Assembly (NCBI RefSeq): GCF_020745735.1
Contig: NC_083442.1
Coordinates: 36,366,072 to 36,430,071 of the forward strand
From: Hemiscyllium ocellatum
Taxonomy: Eukaryota
Length of the DNA: 64,000 nt
Direction of reading: 5' to 3'
A program made the position numbers and the translations under genes. Positions 36,520 to 48,393 of this stretch are shown piece after piece. Numbering within the stretch: position 1 is the stretch's first letter; every line of letters starts with the position of its first letter. The notes under the pieces were generated by a model. It made no database searches, was not told the DNA's origin, and saw only the letters and a program-made list of their open reading frames with translations.

Positions 36520-36905
36520 GACTCAAGATTGGAATACATTCAGACTCTCACCTCACACCGTTAATGCATTGTCTAAGCTGAGATGTCACTTTTTAAAATA
36601 AAATCTTAAGTTATCTCAGGAATGTGACTTCTGGGATTTACATATTAATGAATCAAAACCTGCAACCCATTCTAAAAGATGAAAGACTGAGTAGCAATCT
36701 AGGTTTGTTCAATATATTGCATCAGTGTATAACACTATGACCTTTTGCTATAAATTCTATGTCCTATGATCCTACTCTACTAGCTGCTGACGAAGGAACA
36801 GTACTCTGAAAGCTTGTACTTCCAAATAAACCTGTTGGGAATAACCTGGTATCATGTGATTTTTAATTTTGTCCACCCCAGTCCAACACCAGCACTTCCA
36901 CATTT
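36520..36905 (+). mobile_element. Penelope family-B 3' end / pLTR
   Basis: CTGACGA...GAAAGCTT followed by CCAAATAAACCTGTTGG...GATTTTTAA. Confidence 0.7.
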
Positions 36906-37029
36906 TCACTGTTTGGAATTAACAGTGATGAGTTTGAATTGGAAATTCCTAAAATTTGGTGATAAATAAAATTAGGAAGTGGAGATAAACTGGTTTAAAA
37001 AATACAAATGCTGTTGGGAATAAAATTTA

Positions 37030-37870
37030 ACGAGGAGCAAACAACTGCAGATGCTGGAATCTGAACTGGAAACAAAACGTGCTGGAGATAACAGTGGGTC
37101 AGGCAACATCCATGGAGAGAAAACAAGCTGATGTCATAGTTGAGGGTATGGTCACCAACCTGTGTGTTTGGTGTTTAGTGGCCAGTTGGTGTTCATGGAT
37201 GAGGATTGCTAGTTGTCTCCCTGTTTGTCCTATTTAGTGTTTCATGTAGTCTTGACATGGAATCTTGTATATTATGTTTGTCTTCCACATGATGGGTATA
37301 GGGTCTTTTGTTATCGTGAGTTGTGTGAGTATGACTGTCGGTTTATAGGCTGTCATGAACCCAAGTGGCTGGAGAAATCTGGTTGACAGTTCTGAGACTT
37401 GTTTTATATAAGGTAGCGTGGCTAGTGAATTAGGCCGTGGCCTGTCCTCATCACGTTGTTTCACTGTTAGGCATCTGCGAATGAAGTAGCAGGGATAGCC
37501 GTTCTTAGTGAATACTTTGCGGTGGTGTTCTTCTTCTCTTTGTGGGTCGGGACTGCTGCAGTGTATTGTAGCCCTTTTTAATAGACTCCTAATGCAACTT
37601 CACTTGTGTGTGTTTAGGTGTTCAGGATCTGGTCCAAGTGTGTGGCTCTTGTATACACTGTCATGGTGCATTCACCATTGTGTTTTTTCTACCATCACAT
37701 CCAGGAACGGGAGTTGATTGTTGGTTTGCTCCTCTCTCATAAATCTGATCCCTGTGTGTATGGTCTTGATAATTCAGTGTGTGTTCTTAATTTCTGTTCT
37801 CTTAATCATAACAAGAGTATTGTCCACACATCTGATCCAGAGTTTGGGTTGGATCACATCACCTAAGTTC
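37030..37870 (-). mobile_element. Penelope-like element fragment (RT C-terminus + GIY-YIG)
   Basis: TLPYIKQVSE...TNIIYKIPCQDYMKH*IGQTGRQL. Confidence 0.8.
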
Positions 37871-39071
37871 ACCTGATCAAACATTGAGTTGAATGACAAT
37901 GGTAATCCTACATTCTACATTGTTTTTTCATTGAAAAATCAAAAGGACTGTGAGGAAAGTAACTTTCCAACTTGTGGTCTAAATTTTTGACCTTTAGAAT
38001 TTGCGCTCCATGTATATATTATTTCCCATCCAAAGCGGATTTGTTAAAGCATTTGTCTTTTGTCTAATTGAGTATTTGTGTATTTGAGGTTTTGAAGACG
38101 TATAGGTTAAGTTCTAAAAATTAGAACTCCTTTCTTTTTACTTTTCTTGTTAAAGTTAAGTATTTTAAAATATAGTTTTTCTTCATAACTGAAGGAAGCT
38201 GATGTGAATTGCTTTTATTGGGAGTAGCAGTTAATCAGGAACACTAGTCATTTTGGTGTTTTCATTGGGACTTTATACATGTATACATTTTGTGACACCT
38301 TGTGCAAAAGTAAAGCATGATTATCAGTGCACTGTTCCCAGTTAAGTTGTGATAGTTAAATTGTAAGAATGGTAGGACAAGTCATATGTCATGGCCATAG
38401 CAAATAGGATATTTCTGGATGTCAGTTTGACCCAGGGCAAACACATTTGCAGTATTTGTTTGTGGCGCAAGGAGCTTTGACTCAGAGTTATGAAATGGAA
38501 GAATGAGCTACTGATAATGGCATTATGGTACAGGAAGCCATTCAAGTGGGGATAGCAAAAAAAGAATGTACATTATTAAGGCATAGTATAGTGATGGGGA
38601 TTGACAACTTATTGTGAAGCAAAGAGTGAGAGTTCAATCAGTTGTTTTGTCTGCCTGGTGTCAAGGTTTGGCTCATCAGTTCAGGGTTGGCGAGGAGATT
38701 TCAGACAAAGAAAGATCCCTTTGTTACGGTCCACGTGGGATAAGGAAGGAAGTATGAAAGAACTAAGTACCAAATGAAGAAGTCAAGTCACAAAGGTAAT
38801 AATCTCTGGGATATTACCTGAGTCACATCCAAATTAATGTAGGGCGAGTAAGAGTACAAAAATGGATACATGGCTCAAACACTGGTGTGGTATAAGAGGC
38901 ACTGACCACCACAACTGGGAAAGCGGGACTTATCGTTTGGACAGTTTACACCTGAACTGTGTTGAAACTGGTGATTTACCAAGCAACATAATTAGCAAAG
39001 TAAAAAGGGCTTTAAACTAAATCAGGGTAATAGATCAAATTTGGGAAGATGTGGCAAATCAACAAGTAGTG

Positions 39072-39685
39072 TGTTATGGACCAGACCAAACCCCCTCAAA
39101 ATATTCAGAAGATAGTTTAGACCCAAACGTTTTCTTATTTTAAAAGGTAAATGTAAAAGGTGTTGTGTTCCAGATGCAATTTGATTGGTCAAACTACTGG
39201 ATTTAACACAAAATGCACTTTATTCATCCGCTATAGTTAAAATACAAGAAAAGAAAGAATAATTTGGAATAATTTAACTTTATTGGAAAACTTAATAGAA
39301 TAGATACAGTAACTATTACTAATTAACTGTTTTAATATAGAAACATCCCATAAACACACCCTTGGCAAAAGACAAATTCAGAACCAAAATTGTCTGTCTT
39401 GCAACTTCTGTAGCAGGCAGCAAACCCCTCAGCTTTGGTTGTAATCAAGAGAAGGACAAAAAAAACTTCCACTTTTGACCCCAACAGCAACTGCTGAAAA
39501 GTAAACTATAGATCCTGGTTCGGTGGGTGTTTGACCATGCCCATTCAGGCTGCTTCTGTTGTTCCAACTTTAAAAAAACACTAAAGGCTTCACAAGTTGT
39601 TTATCTTCTCATAGACTGCAGAATACCTGTTTCTCTCAAAGAAACCGGGACAAAACACATCTCTTAAAGCCACAGAATCATTACA
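39072..39685 (-). mobile_element. Probable solo LTR
   Basis: TGTTAT...ATTACA termini, minus-strand AATAAA (plus-strand TTTATT near 39218); no clear TSD. Confidence 0.5.
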
Positions 39686-40260
39686 ACAGGTACTTTGCAT
39701 TATTCTTCACGCTGGAAAACACCAGTAGTTTCAAGAGAGTCAGGAGGCATAAGTGAGTATAGAGGTTCTGACTCTGAGTGCTCTTGCTTCCTCCCACAAT
39801 CCAAAGATACACAGGTTAAGCCATGCTAAATTGCCTCATAGTGTCCCGGGATGTTCAGGCTAGGTGGTTTAACCACAGTAAATGTAAGGCACATCGGGAT
39901 AAGGTGGAATGTAGTTCAGAGGGTTGGTGCAAACTTGATGGGCTGAACGGTCTAATTATGCTCATATATCTTATGGTAGGCGGAAATGTGGAGTAGTGAG
40001 ATCAGCCATGAAGTTACTGAATGGCAGAGCTGGTTCAAGGGGCTGAGTGGCCTACTCCTGCTCCGAATTAATTATTTCATGTTGGAATCGAAAACTCAGA
40101 TTTGAATGAGTTTAACTACTGTAGCATTGTCTGTCACCTGCGGTCCTTGCATTTGCTCAGTCGAGATGAGAAAGTAAAATTCCAGTCTAACTTGACAATT
40201 CCCAGCTCCCCAACCGTGATGAAATTATTCAGTGTCCTGGGTAGGGCATTAATATTATAC

Positions 40261-40430
40261 AGAGTCGAGAGTGTGGTGCTGGAAAAGCACAGCCGCTCAA
40301 GGCAGTATCGGAGGAGCAGGAGAATCGACGTTTCGAGTACTGTATAGGCTTTTCATCAGGATTTCTTGACGAAGGGCCAGCACCACACTTTCGACTCTGA
40401 TCTCCAGCATCCGCAGTCCTCATTTTCTCC
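40261..40430. mobile_element. Fold-back Penelope pLTR (head-to-head copies)
   Basis: AGAGTCGAGAGTGTGGTGCTGG (40261) pairs with CCAGCACCACACTTTCGACTCT (~40378); hammerhead core inside. Confidence 0.75.
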
Positions 40431-42759
40431 CATTATTATTATACATACAGGATCTTGGGTACCAATATTGCTGCTATCTACTGCACTCGGCGCTCCACAA
40501 TCTGAGTGTGAAGTATTAGTTTGTATTCAGCTTGCTGGGTGCCGCTACGTGTCTGTCCTATTCAGAGTGCGGGGTTAGCGGGGTGCTGCCTATTCAGGGT
40601 CAGGGGTTCTCGGGAACACAAAGGAACAGAGGCTGGGAGCCGGTACCGAGTGTGGGACAGGTAGGTAAGAAGCAGCCGTATCACTCCTCGGGAGGGAAGT
40701 GCAGCCTGGCCCAGCTGCCAAGCTGTTTTTTTTCCCCTCGACCTTCCAAGGAAAAATTGACGATGGTGTCGGGTGGAAAGGCTCATGCTGCAATGAGCTG
40801 GTGCCGAGGCTGCACAGTCTCAGCATCTCAGGGAAGCTGCTTAAAGGCACAGGCACACAGATGGAAGGGTTGATAGATTTTTGCCAACGTGAAAATAGAC
40901 AATTGTTTTACAGCCAGGAAACCGTTTTGAATCTCATGTGTCGGTGTTACAAGAGCCGCTTCGAAGGTGGTTCATGTTCATTGTAGCTGTAGGTGGGGGT
41001 CTGGCCACGGATGGGGTAATTTTGGGGTAATGGTGAGCCCAATAATAGCTCCCAACCATGCTTAGGCACACTGTTTCCCTATGGAATGGACTGTCAGGCG
41101 CTCTGGAGAGGGGTTGCTGTGAGGGGCTGGTAGTCTGATGGTGATGACTGGCATCGGGGGCGGGGTGGGGGGTAAGGGTGGGGCTGATCGACTGCAGTTG
41201 AGGGGCCTTGGTGAAGGGATTGGGGATTTGGTTTAACGACTTGCTGTTCAAAGCTTATTGGAAACGGTCCACGTGAATGTGCCAGAAAAAGAGAGAGCCA
41301 GGGCCTGTTTATGGTCGGCAGAATGTTATGGCTTTTGGAAATGATGCTGCATTGATGATTGTATTTTCTATGACACTGTATCACAGCCTTTGTGATTAGA
41401 AGGGAGATTTTTCTTACCTCTCAATGGTGAATCTGTACCAATTGAGGTTCTTGCCACCCAGAGATGAGTGAGTTCTTTAAGGGTCCAAACAGTTCTGATG
41501 TACTGGCCTCAACACACAAACATACTAATAGGAGCAGAAGTAGGCCATTAGCTCCTTGAACCTGCTCCACTGTTCAATAAGATCATGGCATGTCTGATTA
41601 CGATGTTATTGCCCCTTGAAGGTTTGGTGTAGACTCGATGGACTGAATGGCTTCTTTCCACACTGTAGGTATTCTATAACTCTATTCTAAAAATAGTATA
41701 ATGGCATATTTCTTAAAAATGCATTAAGTAAATAAATGTTGATGTCTTGAGAGACCCGATTGTGCTTACGTGATGAAGACAAGAGGTTAGCCTGCAGGTG
41801 TAGCAAGCAATTAGGAAATCCAAAAGCATGCTGTCTTTTATTACAAGAGATTTGAAGTACAACAGTAAGGAAGCCTTGTTGTACAGATCCTTTGCGCTGT
41901 TTTGGTCTCCTTATCTGCGGAATGATAAAGTTACATTCGGTGATTGAGATTGAGATCATTCTTTCTTGACCAAATGATATTCGTTTGTACTGTCTCATTT
42001 GGTGGTTTCTCCACTTTGAGCATGAACCCATATCATTCTCTAATTTCTGAAATGTCTTTCCTCATAGCCTCCCTGATTTTTCCTTGAACTGTGAAACCCA
42101 TCCCCTGCTCTTTTGATTATAATACCACAAAACTGGAGGCCATCCCAACTTCAAAAATAATAATAACAAAAATGGAATACTATAGATGCTGGAGATCTGA
42201 ATTAAAACCGAAAGTGCTGAAGAAACACAGCAGATCTGACCATGTTTATGGAGATAGAAACCACATCGACATTTCTCATTCAGTATGACTTTGGAAGAAT
42301 GTTAACTCTGTTTCTCATTTCACAGATCCTTTCAGACGTGCTGCGTTTCTCTAGAATTTTCTGTTCAAAAGTAATAACTTGCATTTAGGTAGTACCTTTA
42401 AGATGTTAGAATGTCCCAGGTTCATTTGACAATGAGGATGAGAATTTTAATTCTGGGTTGAACCAAAAGCCATTGCAGGTCAGTAAATTGATGGGTGAAT
42501 TACACTTAGTTTGGGGTGAATCACAAGCAACTCTGTTTTGGATGATTTCCAACATAAGAAGGTTGTTCATATGTCTCCAACATATTTCCAACATATTGTG
42601 GGAAGCTGAATGTATCGGAATACTGAAATTTCAAGAGCAACATTAGCATGTAATTTTTTAACTTAATTGTTTTTGAGAAGTGGGTACTTTTATTTTACTC
42701 ATTTGTGGGATGTGGGTTCGCTGGCTGGCCTGGTCTTCCTGCCATCATAAAATCAGAAG

Positions 42760-43560
42760 TGAGGATGTTTGCGATGATTGCACAATGTTCAATGTCATTC
42801 ATGACTCCTCAGTTCCTGAAGTAGTCCATGTTTAAATGCAACAAAGTCTGGACAATATCCCAGGATTGGGCTGACAAGTGACGAATAACAATTGCGCCAC
42901 ACAAATGCCAGACTGTGATCATCACCAATAAGAGACAATCTAACCACCATCTCTTGACATACAATGGTGTTACCATCTCTAAATCCTGGGAGTCACCAGT
43001 GACTAGCAACTCAACTGGAATTGCCAAATGAACATAGTGGCTACAAGAGCAGGTCAAAGCCTAGGAATACTGCAGCGAGTAACTTACCTCCTGAACCCCA
43101 ACCCCACCAAAGCTTATCCATCATCTACAAGGCACAAGTCAGGAGTATGATTGAATACTATCTACTTGCCTGGATGGGTGCAGCTCCAACAACTCTCAAG
43201 AAGTTTGATACCAACCAGGACGAAGCAATCTGCTTGATTTGTTCTATGTCCACAAGCATCCACTCCCTCCACCACTGACACTCGGGAACAGCAGTTTATA
43301 CAATCTACAAATGTTCACTGCAGAAAATCACCAAAGACGGCACCTTCCAAACCCATGACCATTTCCATCGAGAAGGATATGTTCAGCAGATACATGGGAA
43401 TGTGACCACCTTCAAGTTTCCCTCCAAACCACTGACAACTCTGATCTGGAAATATATTGCTGTTCCACCACTGTTGCTGGGCCGAAATCCTGGAATTCCC
43501 TCTCTAATGGTATTGTAGGTCAAGCAACAGTAGGTGGACTGCAGCAATTCAAGAAAGCAG
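42760..43560 (+). mobile_element. L2/CR1-clade LINE 3' fragment
   Basis: IYKAQVRSMIEYYLLAWMGAAPTTLKK. Confidence 0.8.
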
Positions 43561-44695
43561 ATGAGAACTAGGAAGAGAACATGGCACCCAAGATAGTGCA
43601 GAGGATTCTTCAACTGCAATTACTTAAGAATGGAAGCAGGTGAGAACAGTCCCATCCAACTGGCTAAATGTGGAGCGTGCTAAGGGAAAGTTTGCAGACT
43701 GCTTGATTAGGGCAGGGAGGAATAGTTTCTTTTTCTCATAGTAAAACTTGTGATTGTTTGTGAGTTTGATAAGGGTCCTTCCTAGCCTTCATGCCAGCAG
43801 GTATTGTTCACAGAGCCATCCTCCTTGGGAACAACCTTCTGTCATCACCCACCACTCCAAATAAGTTAATCCTGACCTTTACATCTTCACAGTGCAGACG
43901 GGGAATGAGAGAGTTCTCTGGTCACTCTGTTCTTCTCTGTCTTCCCTCACATCACTGTGCACCTCCTTCTCTCCATCGTCACTGTGTGTGTGTATCTCTC
44001 TCATCACTGTGAACTTGCAAAACGGTGAACGGGAAATGATAGTGGCTGTAAGATCTTTTTTGTTTGAGGTTTATTTCAATGCTGGAGCTGATTTTCCTCT
44101 TTCTTGGAGTAGTAATTATTGTTTTATAAGCTGTTGCTTTGTTTTTGGAACTTTGAAAATAAAAATCAAAACAATGGTACTTTAAATGGGAGAAAAGAGA
44201 ACAGGAGACACCATGAGAGTTTGGTTAAAAAACTGCTGTAGAGTTCAGAAAAAAATGAACAGTGAACTTTCACTCACTCACTGGTTATGAAGTCACAAGC
44301 ATTTCTGGACATAGGTTTTAAATTTTATAAAACATAAGTTTTAATTGTTGTTTGTAAATCTACAATAGGGTGTAAGGTGAGGGTTTTTAAAATATGTTTT
44401 CGTAAGATCTGTCTCTTGATTATATTTTTGTAAAATATAAAATATAAGTGCTAAGTTACCCTAGAGCAGGGTTTTTAAAGCAGTAAAACAGAAGTATTTT
44501 CTGGGCCTGTAGATTGCTAAGGTGCAGAAATGGCCTTTGGTAGAGTGATATGCTCTTCTTGTTGGGTCTACGAGATTGAAATTCTTCGTAATGTTACTGA
44601 TGATTATGTCTACAGGAAGTGTTTGGCTGCAAATCCTATAAGATCCCACGGATCGATTAGAGCAGCAGTTAGAGGCAATTTATAGGAGCCAGGGC

Positions 44696-45257
44696 CATAA
44701 GGTTCTTTTACTCTTGAGATTCTTACACACTTGATGCAACTGCAACACACCCAACTTCTATGAACAGGCAACTAAATTTATTAAGCACAGTACAGTACAA
44801 GCTTTCTGGAGGAACCTTTAACATGCACTTTGTAGAACTTACTGGGTTGTGGCAAAAGCTGTCACTAAACAAAGGAAGCAGTCTTTCCTTTATACAAAAC
44901 TCTTAACATCACAGTTAGTACTGCCCACAACACAAACCCCAGCCATCCTCTCATAGTTACATGCCACTCAAGTTACAATGCAGTGACCATCCCGCCTCCA
45001 GAAACAATGCAATGCAAATCATCCCTTAATGGTCAAATCTGTTGTAAATCGTTTTTGTAACTATAGAGGAGTAGTCAAATTCCAACTGTCATGTTCTTAT
45101 TGATTTCTGGATGAAAACGTAAATCATCCCTGAATTGCAAGGAAGTGGCCATGTAAACCTCCCATATTCCACCTATAAGACAAAGACTCACCACCTTACC
45201 CCCAGGGCATTCAATTTCTTGCAGGTTAGTGGAGCAAATTAACTCTTTAATATCTCA
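44696..45257 (-). mobile_element. Insertion in CR1 ORF1, probable solo LTR
   Basis: Interrupts colinear CR1 ORF1; minus-strand TATA and AATAAA; ends ...TCTCA. Confidence 0.5.
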
Positions 45258-45416
45258 GGGGGTGTGATGAATGGCAGTTTCAAGAAGTTAGGAAAACTGC
45301 AGTTACAGTCAGGTAGATGGGTTACTTCCAGGAAAGGTAGGTGGGATAGGCAGGCAATGCAGGAGTCTCTTGTGGCTATCCCCATCTCAAACAAATGCTG
45401 TTTCTTTGGGAATGTT

Positions 45417-45760
45417 TTTTCTTTATTCATTCATGGGTTGAGGATGTCGCTGGCTAGGCAGCATTTACTGCTCATCTCTAATTGTCCAGAGGGCAGATAA
45501 GGTCAACTACATTGTTATGGATCTGGAGTCATATAGGCCAGACCAGGTAAGGATGGCAGTTTCCTTCTCTAAAGGATATTCATGAACCAGATGGGTTTTC
45601 ACATATTTGGCAATGGATTCATTAGATTCTTAATTCCAAATATTTATTGGATTCAAATTCCACCATCTGTCATGGTGGGATTCAAACCCCTGTTCCCAGA
45701 ATGTTACCTGGGTCTGGATTAACAGTCCAGCGATAATACCACTGGGTCATTGCTTCCCCC
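45417..45760 (-). mobile_element. SacSINE1-like tRNA/Deu-domain SINE
   Basis: tRNA-like head GGGGAAGCAATGACCCAGTGGTATTATCGCTGGACTG...GGTTTGAATCCC, central AAAACCCATCTGGTTCA...TTACCTGGTCTGGCCTA, LINE-like tail. Confidence 0.75.
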
Positions 45761-46612
45761 TACCAGGATGATGGACTCTCTGGGAACGTAGCACTGACAG
45801 CTAGGTTTCTGGTACTGAGACTGACTACTGTAATGAGGGGTATGTAAGGTTCTAAGTAATTGATTGTGATGGGGGACTGTCTAGTCAGAGGCAGAGACAG
45901 ACATTTTTGCGGCTGACCGCGAAATATCAGCATGGCATGCTGCCTCCCTGGTGCCAAGGTCGAGGATGTCTCAGAAGAGGTGCAAGATATTCTCAAAGGG
46001 GAGAATGACTAGCAGGGTGTTCTTGAACATGGTAGTACCAACAACACATGAAGAGAAAAGGATGAGATTCTGAGGAAAAATATAGGAAATTAGGTAAGGG
46101 GTTTAAAAAGTAGGTCCTCAAGGATAGTAATATCTGGATTACTCCCGGTGCCACATGCTAGTGAGGGTAGGAATAGGAGGATAGAGCAAATGAATGCATA
46201 CCTGAGGAACTGGTGCAGGGGAAAAGGATGAACATTTTTAGGTCATTGGAATCTCTTCTGGGATAGAGGTGACTGTATAAGGAGGACGGGTTGCACCTGA
46301 ATGAAAAGGGGTTTAATGTGTTATCGGGGAGATTTTCTATTCGGGAGGCTTTAAACTAGTGGAGGGGGGATGAGGGAGGGACGATCCAAGGAGATAGTAA
46401 GAAAAGAGATGAGTCTAAGGCAGGTACAGTTGAGAAAACAGTCAAGGCAGACAGGAGCAAGGCAGAGAATGAGTTTGGACTGATAAACTACATTGAAATA
46501 AATGTAATAGGACAGATGAACTCCGGGCCTGGGTGGGAACATGGGACTGAGATAGCATAGCTATTACAGAGACGTGGCTCAGGAATGGACTGGACTGGCT
46601 GCTCTATATTCT

Positions 46613-48393
46613 AGATTAGAGTGGTGCTGGAAAAGCAGGTCAGACAGCATCTGAGGAGTAGGAAAATCGAATTATTGGGCAAAAACCCTTCATCAGGAAT
46701 AGAGGCAGGGTGCCTGCAGAGTGGGGAGATAAATGAGAGGGGGGTGGGGGTGGGCAGAAAGTAGCAGAGTACAATAGGTGAATGGGGGTGGGGATGGAGG
46801 TGATAGGTCAGAGAGGAGGGTGGAGTGGATAGGTGGAAAGGAAGATAGGCAGGTAGGACAGGTCATGATGGCGGTGCTGTGCTGGGGTGAGGATGGGAAG
46901 GGGAAATGAGGAAACTGGTGAAATCCACATTGATGCTATGGGGTTGAAGTGTTCCGAGGCGAAAGATGAGGCGTTCTTCCTCCAAGCGTCAGGTGGTGAG
47001 GGAGCGGCAGTGGAGGAGGTCCAGGACCTGCATGTCCTCGGCAGAGTGGGATGGGGAGTTGAAATATTGGGCCACAAGGTGGTGGGGTTGATTGGTCTGA
47101 GTGTCCCAGAGATGTTCCCTAAAGCGCTCTGCTAGGAGGCGTCCAGTCTCCCCAATGTAGAGGAGACTGCATTGGGAGCAACAGATACAATAAATGATAT
47201 TGGTGGATGTGCAGGTAAAACATTGGATGTGGAAGTTCCTTTGGGGCCTTGGATGGAGGTGAGGGAGGAGGTGTGGGCACAGGTTTTGCAATTCCTGTGG
47301 TAGCAGGGAAGGGTGCCAGGAAGGGAGGGTGGGTTGTTGGGGGGTGTGGACCTGACCAGGTAGTCACGGAGGGAACGGTCTTTGCGGAAAGGGGTGGGGA
47401 GGGAAATATATCCCTGGTGGTGGGGTCCATTTGGAGGTGGCAGAAATGTCATCAGATGATGTGGTTTATGTGAAGGTTGGTAGGGTGGAAGGTGAGCACC
47501 GGGGGAGTTCTGTCCTTCTTACAGTTGGAGGGGTGGAATTTGAGGGCAGAGGTAGGAGATATGGACGATATGCATTGCAGGGCATCTTTAACCACATGGG
47601 AAGAGAAATTGCGATCTCTAAAGAAGGAGGCCATCTGGTGTGTTCTGTGGTGGAACTGGTCCTCCTGGGAGCAGATACAGTGGAGGTGGAGGAATTGGGA
47701 ATATGGGATGGCATCTTTGTAGGAGGTAAGGTGGGAAGAGGTGCAATCCAGGTAGCTGTGGGAGTTGGTGGGTTTGTAAAAAATGTCACTGTCAAGTTGA
47801 TCATCATTAATGGAGATGAAGAGGTCCAGGAATGGGAGGGAGATGTCAGAGATGGTCCAGATGAATTTAAGGTCAGAGTGGAATGTGTTGGTAAAGTTGG
47901 TGAATTGCTCAACCTCCTCGCGGGAGCACGAGGTGGCGCCAATGCAGTCATCAATATAGCGGAGGAAGAGGTGGGCAGTGGTGCCGGTGTAACTACGGAA
48001 GATGGACTGTTCTACGTAGCCAACAAAGAGACAGACATAACTGGGGCCCATACGGGTGCCCATGGCTACCCCTTTGATCTGGAGAAAGTGGGAGGATTCA
48101 AAGGAGAAATTGTTAAGGGTGAGGACCGGTTCAGCCAAACGAATGAGAGTGTCAGTGGAAGGGTACTGTTGGGGACGTTGTGAGAGGAAGAAACTGAGGG
48201 CTTGGAGGCCCTGGTCATGGTGGATGGAGGTATAGAGGGATTGGATATCCCTGATGAAGGTGAGGCATGGGGGCTGGGAAACGGAAGTCTTCGAGGAGGT
48301 GGAGGGCGTGGGTGGTATCTCGAATGTATGTGGGCAGTTTCTGGACTGGGGGGATAGGACAGTGTCAAGGTAGGTAGAGATGAGTTCAGTGGG
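46613..48393 (-). mobile_element. Penelope-like element (RT + GIY-YIG + pLTR), 5'-truncated
   Basis: QIKGVAMGTRMGPSY, FLRYIDD, IIYCICCSQCSLLYIGETGR; 12-bp TSD GCTCTATATTCT (46601-46612 / 48394-48405). Confidence 0.92.

Noticed and set aside
47431-48183. 250-aa plus-strand ORF
   Set aside because: Antisense shadow of the Penelope RT
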